The notes below the pieces were generated by a model. That model made no database searches, was not told where the DNA came from, and worked only from the letters and a program-made list of their open reading frames with translations. Of a DNA stretch of 64,000 bases, positions 12,689 through 24,627 are shown piece after piece; position 1 is the first letter of the stretch, and each line of letters starts with the position of its first letter. The DNA is from Calcarisporiella thermophila CBS 279.70 (lineage: Eukaryota > Fungi > Calcarisporiellomycota), in assembly GCF_041956535.1 (NCBI RefSeq), contig NW_027192211.1, forward strand, positions 304,684 to 368,683. The letters run 5' to 3'. A program made the position numbers and the translations under genes.

Positions 12689-13192
12689 GCGTTGACGTTT
12701 GTTGCCACCGCGCTGCGCTGGCCTCTGTCCTTCACTTGCTTCCTTTTCCTCCAGCGGGGGCAGATACTCATCCACCATGCGCTCCGCCCATTCAACAAGG
12801 CCTTCCACCCGCTGCTCCACAGCCTCCACCGGCTTCAGAGCCGTCCTCCTCATCTCTTCCACCACGGTTCGGGTAGGGCGTTTCACGATGGGAAATTTCT
12901 TCTCCACCTCCTGCAGCCCTTTTGTTGCGTACTCATCCACGGCCACAAGCTGGGAATGGAAGCGCTGTTCTACGGGGCTTGCAAGCCTGGTTAGATAGTC
13001 TGTGGAGACCTCGAGGATGCGGCGCGAGTAGGGGTTGGAGTTCGTGTAGCTTTGGATGGTTTGTAAACTGTCATGCACGAGTGGAAGATTGGTTAGGCGC
13101 CGGATGAAGGTGTAGCGGTTTCGCGCGGGCTGCGTCCCATTGGCATTGGGTGCCACGGTTTCAGGAGAGGATTTGTCTTGGATTTTCGCCAT
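12239..13192 (-). CDS. Perilipin/CAP20-like lipid-droplet protein with polyQ tract (single exon)
   Basis: N-terminal PAT-like FIRRLTNLPLVHDS...VDEYATKGLQEVEKKFPIVKRPT and later MVDEYLPP. ATG at 13190-13192 follows a pyrimidine-rich leader. Confidence 0.75.
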
Positions 13193-13563
13193 AGAGGGAG
13201 GAGGACTTTCTTTCAATTCCCGCAGGAGAGATGAGATGAATATTAGAGAATTGGTAAAGAGAGGGAGTGCTAGAGTAAAAGTCGGATGACCAGGGGAGAG
13301 AACACGAGAGAAAACGCAAATGCGGGGAAAAGCGAGGGGGAAGGGGGGGGAAGGGAGAAAACTGAGAGATAAGGAGATATGTGCAGAGAGAAGTGAAAAA
13401 AATTTTTTGTTCAAGTTGGCCCGAAAAGGAATTAATTAATCGCATATGATAAAGAGATAAAACATATCTTTAGATTAATAAGTTAATTAAATAGTAAGAG
13501 AGATTGGGGTCCAATCCTTTCCGTTTTTCCCCAAGTGCAACATGACTCAGGGGGGGGGGAGTT

Positions 13564-15069
13564 TCAAGCAGAGTAGGTTGGCGGCTGGTGGTACTCAGGA
13601 GGGTCCTCAGAGTTGTCGTAGGCGGGGAGGGGAAGCACCTCTGCCTCATCCGTCGAGCGCAGAAATCTTGGTCGCTGATCATTCCCAGTACGGGACGAGA
13701 CCAGATTCGCGTCTTCCTCTTGAGTGGTGCAGATTGCGATAGGGATATTGAAGCTAACCTTTTTGCTCAGCGAGAGCAGGCTGCCCAAAAACTTCAGCTC
13801 GATTCTGAATGAAAGTAAGCAGACAGAAGCAAAGAATCTTCAGTAAAGCGCCCCGGGAGCGAGGGCAAGCTCGACTAGGGCGAAATGGAGGGGATCCTTA
13901 CGCTAGAGAATACCGGACTGCAAGATAGGGCGTGATGATCTCGTCCTCGCCGGCTTCATCCGCCGCAGCCGCCACCAGCGACTCCTCCGGGGTGGAGGCC
14001 TCATGCTGAAACTTGCCGAACGAAGGCGTAGCGTCGGACGGGAGCTGGAAGGTGATGGTGATCGGGTCGGACGGGTCCCCAAAGGCCCCTCCCACGACAT
14101 CCACCTGCCTTAGGATAGCTTCCTCACGGCTCACGAAGTTGGTGCTCTGCCCGTTGATTTGCAAGTGCCGCATCAGGCAGGCTTTGATCTTGGTCGGCGG
14201 AGTGCGGGGCTTCTCGGTGAAGGTAAGGCAGATCGGAAGCAGGTCTCCGGGGAGGTAAGCCATGCGCGGCAGGGATGCCTCCACCGAGAATCCCGGCAGG
14301 CCCCGTTTCATAACGACCGGAGAGTTCAGCCAGCTTGGTGTGGGGATGAGGGGGAAAATGGTAACGTTGCAGAGGGAGGAGTCTATGTTGGTCAGGCCGG
14401 GGCGCTCAAGAGTTGCTTGGATCTTGTACTCTACCTGATAGTATCTATGCTGAAATAGAGCGGTTTTATTTTCTCGTTAACTAGCCCAAAGCTCGCCCAA
14501 TATCAACCGGGGGATCTCATACTTCAAAGGGCGGAGGGTAGTTCACGTTGGGTAATTGCAGCGCAAAAGGGAACTCATGTTTACCGGGGGCAAGTGTTCC
14601 CCAATCTTCGAGAGGCGAGGTGGGAATTGCTGAATAAACAAACATACTTAATGAACATGCATTCCAGGGATGCCAATTGAGCCATTCAAATCACCTGTTC
14701 CCCATGGATAGGTCTGTACTCGAAACAGGGTTCCCTTCTTCATTCCATACGAAGCGAGGTTATTTTGAAGCATGAAGGCGTGCTCTAGTATGAACCAAAC
14801 CAATTCAAGCGAATAAGCGCAACCCTCGTATAATCTCTAAACGGCATTACCATAGCCATAGAAGGATATCTTCAATCCTCGTGCTCTGAGCTCCTTTGGA
14901 ATGTCAAGGGTCACCACTCCTGTTCGATACAAGCACGCTAATTAGAATTGAGCTAGTCAATGGAAGGCTCGGTCGCCGAATTACCCTGGATCAATTGGAG
15001 AGGGTAGAACACCGGGGCTTCGCCGTAATCGTCGGAAAGAGCAACCGCGAAGGAATTTATTACTGTCAT
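13564..15069 (-). CDS. Alpha-arrestin (ART-like) with C-terminal PY motifs
   Basis: Arrestin-N cues PVFYP..LIQG and GKHEFPFALQLPNVNYPPPFE; arrestin-C AYLPGDLLPI; tail LPAY, PPEY, PPTY. Multi-exon with GT-AG introns. Confidence 0.8.
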
Positions 15070-15764
15070 TGCAAGCAAAGGCAGAGAGAGGAAAATAAGA
15101 GCGAGTGCGAGTGGAGTTGAACCTGTGAATCGCAACTCTATTCCACAGAGGCGTGATGAGATAGATTGAGTCTCCGCACAAATAAACCCGCCCGAGTGTT
15201 CGACCGAGTCATTGTTGCGCTTCATGCTGTTGTCGCTTTTTAGCAACTTCGCCCGGTAACCGTGCCCCTAAAGTCAGCCACAGGACAAAGGCGAACAGTA
15301 AACCGAGGCCGGTAGAGGAGTGGCTCAGGGACAAAAAGCCGCCGGGCTCCATCGATCGATACAAGTGACGGCTGTGATCTTGGCTGCCATGTGCCCAAAT
15401 ATCCAATCAAGCTCGGATACGCGGTGTGGGGAGAAGGTCAAAGCCAGATGATGCGCACCGGGTGGCTTAAAGAAGAAGGGGCATCGCCGGGGAGCAATAA
15501 GGGCCGGCCCTACACGAAAAATCCTTAGCGAAGAGGCTGTATAGAATAGAATTTAATAATGTCATGGAGCACCTGGTTCCTTTCAATCTAACCTTAGATG
15601 AGCGAGGAAGCAGCTGTCCGCTTTTACGTCTCCAATTCTGCGCTGTTACCATGCTTGGATGGAATTAGTAGAAATTTTCTACATTCACAGCCACAGTGAC
15701 GTCGACCCTTTGTTCCTAATCTTTTCTCCTGAAGTCATTGAATTGTGCTGATCACACTGGAGGA

Positions 15765-18700
15765 ATGAACCCGATGAACCCTCAGGGAATACCGCCAGCC
15801 TACCAATCACCACCGGTTCAACAGCAGCAAAGGCCGCCAAGTGCTGGTGGGTTTGCACCGGTGCCCCCATCGCAGCGGCAGCCGCATCAGCCGATCCAAC
15901 AACAATCGCAACAACAGCAACAGCACCAACCACAACAGCAGCAAACCCGTCCACAGCGACACTCTATGATCCTGCCTCCCACTCAACCCTTATTCTACCA
16001 GCAACCCCCCCAGCAAAGGCAGCCACTGGCACATCCCTCCCTTCCCGGTTCGCAACAGCATCCTTCATCATCAGATGCTCCCCCGCGCCCAATATCAGGT
16101 AAATATTAGAAGCCCAAATTATAATTCAGTCAGGAAGTAATTGGGAATTTTGATGTTTGAAAAGGAGTTCCAGCGGCCCAAAGCCCGGGATTACCTCTTT
16201 CCCCCCCATATACCCAGACTTCAGTGCCAGCCGGCTATCCCTCCGCTAGAGCTAATGCAAATAAACGCGCTTCTATGCCACCCGTGCCATTTGGTCAAGC
16301 GCCCGTCATTTCGCAGCCACCAGTTGACACAGCGGGTATGACACAACAAATGAACGCGATGAACCTCCATGTATGTGATGGATGCCGCATGAAAATGGTT
16401 GTCCCATAGTTGATTTTCATGCCTATACATATTTAGACAACGCACACCGGGAAAACGCGTCCAAAACGCGTCTATCAACAATTTGGACCGGAGTCCAATG
16501 TAGCTGGGGCAGCATCCGTCATATCGCCTCCACCACAGTATGGCAGCTTTGGACAGCCTCCTCATGCAAAGCCTCCCCCTCTACCCCAGCAGCCAGGTTT
16601 CCAGCACCCTGCCCCTCTGCCACCGCAATCCCAAGTGCAGCACCCCTCCCAACCCCACGTGGCTCCTAGCCTTGCACCTTACCAACAGCAACAACAGCAG
16701 CACCAACCACAGGCACCATTGGTCAATGCCCCAGTGCCTGCCCCAGTGCCTGCTCCCGTTCCTGCCCCTCAGCATCACCAACACGTGAGTAGGCGCCCTG
16801 TATCCATGCCCCCACCTGCCCGACCATCCCTTCCTCCCCAACCACCAAAATCCCGCATCGATCCAAATCAGATTCCTTCTCCCGTTACAGTGCAGGAGCA
16901 TGACCAGCAGGCGTTCGTGGAGCAATCCTTTATGACTGGATCGAAAGCAAATGTTCCCTTGGCAAGCACTGATTTCCACGCAGTAGATGAAGGTATATAT
17001 CCGTGATTAAAAGGTTGTGATTTTTTTTGAGTTATTTCATCAACACTCTAAACAGGCAATTGTAACCCGCGGTTCATGAGGATGACTACCTATAATATTC
17101 CCGCAACGGATGAACTCCTGGCAACCTCACAGATACCACTGGGAATGATATGTCAGCCGTTAGCGCGTCTTCGCGCTGATGAGGCGCCTATTGCTGTTGT
17201 TGACACAGGCGAACTTGGCCCCGTGCGGTGCATGCGATGTAAGGCTTATATTAATCCTTTTGTCATGTTTACCGCTGGTGGGCAAAAGTTCGTGTGTAAC
17301 ATGTGCGGATTTGATAGCCCAGGTAATTTTAATTTTTTTTTGGCAGCCAGAGATACAAAATCCATTTATCCTGTTCTGGAAAATTTTTTTTATCTTTGTA
17401 TAGTGCCTCAGGAATATTTCTGCAACCTCGATATGTCTGGTCGACGGCTTGACCTCCACCAGCGTCCAGAACTCTTACATGGCTCAATCGAATTCACAGC
17501 CCCCCGGGATTACTGGGCAAGAGACCCGGCCCCCGCATGTTACGTGTTTGTGGTGGACGTTACCTGGAACGCTGTTCAAAGTGGCATGCTCCATCAGGTC
17601 ACCGAGGGCATCCGGAAGGTCTTGTATGGCGATCAAGGACTCCCCGCTGGAATCCGAGTTGGGCTGATTACTTACGATAAAACAGTCCATTTCTATAACT
17701 TGAGCCCGCAACTGGAGCAAGCACAGATGCTTGTGATCTCCGACATTGATGATGTTTTCGTTCCCGTATATTCGGGCTTTTTGGTCGATCCCATAGAGTC
17801 GCGGGCCGTTATCGAGGGCCTACTGGATACGTTGCCTGTCATGTTCAAGGATAACAAGATATCTGATCCGGTTACGGGCGCGGCCATTCAGGCTGCCTAT
17901 CAGTCGTTGGTAAATTTTTACACCAGGCTGCTACAGTACCACCTTTAGGGGGGGGGAACAGGAGAGATCGGTTCTAAATTTGCTTTTTTTAATGCCTAGA
18001 CTGACCTTGGCGGAAAGCTCTTTGTTTTCATTACCGCGCTGCCCACCCATGGCCCAGGGGCCATCAAATATCGGGAAGACCCGAAACTCTATAATACCGA
18101 GAATGAAAAAAATCTCTTCTCTCCGCAAGATGCATGGTATCGCACCATCGGGGTAAATTGCGTGGATGCGGGCATCTGTGTGGACATGTTCCTCTTCCCT
18201 TCTACCTACGTCGACATAGCCACCCTTGGTCTCCTCCCCTCCATGACCGGTGGAAATACCTACTTTTACCCTCCACACGAGCGTCGATCGGTTGCCGATG
18301 ATCTTGTCCTCAATACAACGCACGAATTTGGATACAACGCCCTCATGCGTGCACGATGCTCCACCGGATTGCGGGTCGTCGAATATATTGGAAATTTCTA
18401 TATGCGAAATGCCACTGACCTAGAAATTGGAGGGTTGGACTCCTCGGCTGCATTTGGGGTGGTGTTCAAACACGAAGGCCGGCTATCAGGCAATGAAGCG
18501 TTCTTCCAGTGTGCGCTACTGTATACTACCGCGAGAGGCGAACGTCGGGTGCGCGTGCACAATCTGTCTGTACCGGTGGTGTCTAATTTGGGCAACGTAT
18601 TCAGATACGCGGAAATGGATACCACCATGAACTTGTTGGCCAAAGGCGCGGTGATGCAGGCGACCACCAAACAGCTTCGCGAAGTACGGGACTCGCTGAC

Positions 18701-19633
18701 GGAGAAATGCATCAAGATATTGGCGGCCTATAGGAAACACTGCGCGACCTCCACCTCGCCCGGTCAGGTAAATAGCAGCCCTCCTTGCTCTGCCGTTTTT
18801 GCTGACCTATTACACTCCGGCTCACTAATCCGCTAACAACCACACCATCAACAACAATAGCTCATATTGCCCGAATCTTACAAACTCTTCCCCATCTACG
18901 CTCTCACCCTCCTCAAGTCCAAAGCATTACGTAGTGGCACTGATTTGAACAGTGATATGCGAGTATACCATATGCGCTTGCTGAAGTCGATGGGGGTGTC
19001 GGATAGTATTGCCTATTTATACCCACGGATAGTTGCTGTGCACAACCTTCCTGAAAACGCTGGTGGTCCGGATCAGTACGGGCGCATAAGAATGGCTCCG
19101 CTTGTACGAGCATCGTATGAGCGCTTGGAAGCGTCGGGGGCGTATCTGATCGGTAAGTTTCGGGCGGCGGATTGCTTCCCTTCTGTCCACGGGACCCTGT
19201 TTTTAATCCACGCGAAATCTATGTCTATAGAAAACGGCCGGAAGTTAATGTTTTGGCTCGGTCGGCAGGTGCCAGCCGAGTTTTTGAAGGATGTGTTCGA
19301 TGTGTCAAGCCTAGAGCAGATAGAAATTAGTATGGTGAGTACATGGAATCTGTGGGATGAAGGGTAGGATGAATATCTAACCAAGGAATGCTCTACTAGT
19401 CTTCTCTCCCACAACTTGACACCCCACTTTCTCGCCAGATCCGTGGTCTAGTCATGAGGATGCAGTCGGACCGTCCACGACATCTTGTGTTGCATATTGT
19501 GCGCCAACAGCTCGATGCGACGGAGTTGGAGGTAGCGGCGATGCTTGTGGAGGATAAGAACAACGAAGCAATGTCTTATGTTGATTATTTGTGCCACGTA
19601 CACCGCCTTATACAAAATGAAGTCAATAACTAA
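15765..19633 (+). CDS. SEC24: COPII coat subunit Sec24 (SEC24C/D, Sfb3/Lst1 clade)
   Basis: P/Q-rich N-terminus, RIDPNQIPSP, GNCNPRFMRMTTYNIP, Zn finger RCMRCKAYINPF...CNMC, trunk domain, FFQCALLYTTARGERRVRVHNL and LILPESYKLFP. Confidence 0.96.
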
Positions 19634-20280
19634 TATCCTATACATCGTTATCTTGGATGAAGGGGCAAAATTTGGTCGGTTATTTTTTTATTTGATATAT
19701 ATATATATATATACTATCTATACACTCTACACCTTTATTTTCTATTATTTGAATGGGGATTAAAATTTTGGGATCCGATTTTTGCGTGCTGAAGAAACTT
19801 CCTCTGTACCCTCGCCATTTTTTGAAAACATCCTCCTTAATTCCTCTTTTTGGGCTTTTTTATTACGAGCACCGCTCGCTTGAAGTGGTTGAGCCACAAT
19901 ATAGTGTTCTCGAGAGACCAGCAGACAAAATGCCAAGCAAGAAAAAAAATAACAATGACGACAAAACTTGCTTGGAAGCTGGTTATTAAACTTGGCTATT
20001 CACTTGATGAATGAAGAATAGCTTGGCAACTTGAAGTAACTAGTTTGCTCTGCAAGCCAGTTCAGGTTGACTTGTTAGTATATAATAATTGACAGGTTAA
20101 CAATTAACTCCTTAGAATTTTCTCCCATGTCAAAATTGGAATACCGTTTTGGGACTGGGGCTTCTTGTTTTTTACCGATTAATCCGCATCCCAGTTTTTT
20201 TTTATAATGCCTTCTCCAATTAAAATAGACTATATGAGCTGGACCAATATGAATTCTACGAGAATAAAAAAGAACTCTTT

Positions 20281-20353
20281 TGCAGAATCCCGGGATCGAA
20301 CCGGGTACCTTAAGATCTTCAGTCTTACGCTCTCCCAGATGAGCTAACCCTGC
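20281..20353 (-). tRNA. tRNA-Phe(GAA), intronless
   Basis: Reverse complement GCAGGGTTAGCTCATCTGGGAGAGCGTAAGACTGAAGATCTTAAGGTACCCGGTTCGATCCCGGGATTCTGCA folds as a cloverleaf with anticodon GAA and A/B boxes. A T-run terminator lies ~10 nt downstream. Confidence 0.97.
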
Positions 20354-21369
20354 ACTGGATCACGTGCTTGGGAATGCATCCACTACTTTAATCAAGACGC
20401 AAAAAAGTAACGCTTTTGCCCTGGAGCCCTGCCAAATGTCAACTTTAGAGCGTCGTTGTACTAGGATAGTCGACTTTAAAATTTTACCCTCTATCGCTTA
20501 ATAGCAGGTGTCTATCACTGTTCTACGAAGCAAATTTTATTCATTTATTTCATTTTTTGAGGCGCATTAAGTAGATTTACATAATATATCATCCAGTCAG
20601 TTGTGTAGTGCAGTGAATGGGGGACAGCCTATAGAAAGTGCCATAGAAAGCACCCATTTTACCACCATTGATTCAAGTGCAATCTGTCAATGGAAGATTC
20701 CATCGAATATCACAAATCCCTGCATTTGTCTGGCATTTCGACCAAGTAGATCCAGGTTTGAACATCGCCTTGTTCAGCATTTTGTGTATTATTTATCTAT
20801 TTTGGTCGTATCCTAGTGCAGCCTTGCTGTATGCGCCCCTGAAGTATCTCAATTCCGGTCTTAGGATTGCATCGGATCCATACTAAAATACGAAGTTTAG
20901 TTTGGATGCGACGCAATCCCATCAAAATGAAGCATGTGGAACAGAGTGTCAAATGTAGAAATATTAAAGCAAATTCAAAAGAAACTAGCCATGAATAATG
21001 CCAAACAACTCTTGCTCAAAACAGTTACTCGCCTTCATTTAGCCTATCTAGCCCCTTCGGAACTTCGAGGATTTAAATGGCTTTTTAAGGATTATTAAGG
21101 GCCTTTTTTTAATACTCTCACATGTTATTTTTGTGGAGGGTCAGAATATCACTACTATATTTTGTCTTATTCTCCTCCCGTCAACCCCTTATTTTATAAA
21201 TATAAATGGAACACTTCTTGTACACGTGCAAGTGCCTTGGCCATGCATGGGAGCGGTTCTATAGGGGGCGGGATGGCCCAACTTCATTGCACCCCCCCCT
21301 CATCAAAAAGGGGAACGAATGCGGAAAGGATTGTATTATTACAGAGATACAATTAAATATTCACCAAGA

Positions 21370-22382
21370 CTAGAATTTTTCATCCACAATCCCGGTCGCT
21401 TCACATGCCAAGTTCCATGCTGCTTTAGCCTTTTCCATATCATAGCTCTCTTCGCTTGAATCTACCACTTCCTTATACTGAAAATACTTCCCGGAAACAC
21501 CCTCAATTGCCTCACTCGTTCCGTAATAAAGATATTCCTCTCCCGCCACCTCTGCGCTTCTCGCAACGCTTATCAGCCATGGGAATAGGTTGCGCATTGC
21601 CCAGCGGAGCGGCCACCACGAAAACCGATTCAAATTTGTGGCAGGAACGAAGCCAGGCGAAACGGCATTGCAGGTAACTCCGGAATGAGTTTCAGCGAGG
21701 CGCGATGAGAGAACATAAATGTGATAGAGCTGGAGGAGCTTTGAAAGCCCATAGAAAGTGCGCCAGGAATATGCTTTGTTGCCGTCGAGATTTTCAGGGT
21801 CAAAGAGATAAATAGGACTGGCATCTTTAGGAAGACGGCGGTTCGGATCGTGAAGCATGGACGTGATAGTAAGGATTCTTCCTTTAGTCGTCTTGAGCAG
21901 AGGAAGCAGCTGATGAGTCAGGTAAAAAGTTCCTACGAAGTTAGTCGCACAGGTCTTCTCAAAAATCCGGGTATCGCTAGTAAATTCACGTTCCGTGCAT
22001 ATCATGCTTGCGTTATTGATGAGAACATGGAGAGGGAGATGCAATTCTTGGAAAGTGGCTACGGCTGTGCGGATAGATTCGAAGGAAGAAAGATCCAGAG
22101 TCAAGCCTTGTACGCTTTCTTTTTCCTGAGTAAGCGCGTGCAGAGAATCGAGAGCCCCTTCGAGTTTAACTTGATCACGCCCAGTTATAACCACTACAAA
22201 GCCAGCATGGAGATAACATTTGGCCGCTTCGAATCCGATTCCATCGGTACCTCCTTTTAATGATAAAAACCAGGAGGGGAATGGAAAGAAGGGTATGAAC
22301 TGACAAAAGTAGTTTCACGACATCATTAAAAATAATTCATTTTACCTGTAATAAGCACTACTTTTTTATTGTCAGAAGGCAT
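21370..22382 (-). CDS. Short-chain dehydrogenase/reductase (retinol dehydrogenase/WWOX-like)
   Basis: KVVLITG|GTDGIG across one intron, LDLSSFESIR, LINNA, catalytic YGLSK, VSPGFV and SGKYF. Confidence 0.92.
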
Positions 22383-22570
22383 TGAAGGAGTTGTTCACAA
22401 GAAATGTAATGTTCCCTTGAATTAATCTAAAAAAAAAAAAAGAGAAAACAGAGACGACTTTTACAAATATTATGAATAGTGAAATTAGAGAGGCAAAAAA
22501 GAAATCAAGAATTGACTATCATTATTGAGAGAAGGATGAGATTGTTCTTAGATAAATATCGTCCATGAAA

Positions 22571-24627
22571 TTAAATTTGATGCTTTAATGCCCCTAAATG
22601 CTGCATTTCATGAGCGACTCTTTCGTATATGTCTTCGGCGGGCCGCAAGCACTTTTCCACTTCGTTCTCCATTGCGCTGCCCTCCTTTCTCCTCCGATAG
22701 GCCTCCCCACTTCGCTCTGGATTGGCACGAGCTTCTAGGCCTCCGCCCTCCGAAAACCTCGGAGAACGTTGCCCCAGTAGTAGGATCTGTTGACTCCATC
22801 TCTTCAACTTGAGCTTAGTGTTGGGTTTTACCGGGCGTGGCATTTCTGCAGGGGTTATGGGTTTGACGGTTAGGGGGGGCTGCGAAGGTGGTCGAACTTT
22901 TTTCGGGTTGGCCGCTCCACCTTCTTCGATGGGAGTGAGAGAAAGTGAATAGGTATGCTGCCATGTCTCTGGGATGAGGGATGCGACGAGGTCATCAAAC
23001 TCCATCCCCACGCTTCCCACTCCGAACCCGTTGTCATCGACATTGGTCTTTTTTGGCTCCACTAGCTCTGGAACCCGGGGGGGAGGAGGAGGTTCCGTAT
23101 CATGGTTTGCAGACTCCTGCACGGGAATAGGGGCGGTAATTGACGGCGAAAATGGACCCTCGCTCTGTAAGGGATGGATAGAGTTGGAGGTGGGTGACGG
23201 GGTGTGTGATTCAGCGATGGCACCTGCGAGAGAGGATGTCGACGAAGACTGCAACTGGAGTCCACCCAAGTCAAAGGAGGAAAAGCTGAGGAAAGAGATC
23301 CGCTTTTCTACTTCTATCCAAACGAAATTCAAAGTTAAAGTCTCCCCTCCAAAGAATACTAGGTCATAGTAGCAGCTATGGTCGCAATTACCTTCTTTTG
23401 CTTGGTGAAGATAATCGAAGGAACTGACGGGTTTGCTCTGCAGTGAAGATTTTCTTGACAGCCCTCTGCTAGATGCCATGGACGACATTGGGATGGACCA
23501 AGCTCTCTGAGTCTTTTCTGGTGTGTCTTCATGACACTGCTTCATTAGTGGCGGTGAAAGAGGTATTTTCTTGTGGGGGAATTTTCCATAACGCATGTAT
23601 CCAAGGCCTTTTTTGACCCACGGCGAATTCGCTGGAGGTTCGGGGAAATCAATCGAACGAATGCTGGAATGGTCTGGGCGTTGCAGAGAAGAGGCGAGGC
23701 TCTTGAGGAGTATGTGGTCAAGCCTCGACTCGGGTGGAGGAGCACGCCCATCTTTACTAGTGCGGTTAGTAGGCTTTTGGGAACCCACAGTAGCCATTTC
23801 ATCCGTGGTAATCAAACCAGGTGACTTAAGGATCGAATCTCGCGAAGAGCTATCATTTTCATTGCCATTTTCTATAGTTGGCGGGAGAAGATTTTCTTTG
23901 TTCGAGGATGAAGAGATAGGGGGAGAGGGGGGGTCGTCGTTCTCATCTAGGCATTCTGCCTCGGACGGTAGCCGGAAGAGTTGCAGTCTCTTGAACGAGT
24001 TTGAAATAGAGAGTCGCTTTAGCTCTTTTTTCCTCTCTGGTTGAGGCTCCTGCGGAGTCTCCTGGGGCAGTGCAATGGGGATGCGTTTGCTGATCTCAAG
24101 CCGTGGCGAGCCGGATTCAGATTCGGTAGAATCGGGTGTCTCATCGAAGAAGCTGAGAGCGCGTCGAGCTCGAAAAGATTCCAGAATCTGCGGATCGAGC
24201 TCAATAAAGTATACCTGACTAGCAAGAAATCGTCCAACGACGCCCTCACAGTATCCCTAATAGATATAGGATTACGATGTGCATATGAGTATCTTCGGTT
24301 TACGTGATGAAATCAGCTTACTAAATAAGTGTCATCTGCAATATGCTTGAGCACCGTGATTCGTTCGCCTAAATCAGTGTGCAAAGGTTTAATTTGCTTT
24401 TTTCTCCTAATCAACAAGGATAAAGAACCGAGATTACCTATCAGGAACATGAGCTCATCTTCCTCTTGGGCGAGAACATTGGTCCTTGCAACGCATGTGC
24501 CGATTCCTCCTGGGGTTATCAGTAGAATTGATTAGATCAATAGATCAATGGTGAAAAGTATAACGCTTTAGTTTCTACCTTTGACCGCAAACTCCTTCAA
24601 TTCATTTAAACTCATGTCCATATCCAT
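22571..24627 (-). CDS. Protein with N-terminal divergent SH3 domain and long S/P-rich disordered region
   Basis: Spliced N-terminus reads CVARTNVLAQEEDELMFLI|GERITVLKHIADDTYL|GYCEGVVGRFLASQV (SH3-like). Long downstream ORFs end at the stop at 22571. Confidence 0.65.

Noticed and set aside
20600-21040. Short ORFs next to tRNA-Phe as a small gene or pseudogene
   Set aside because: No consistent spliced frame or recognisable domain on either strand.
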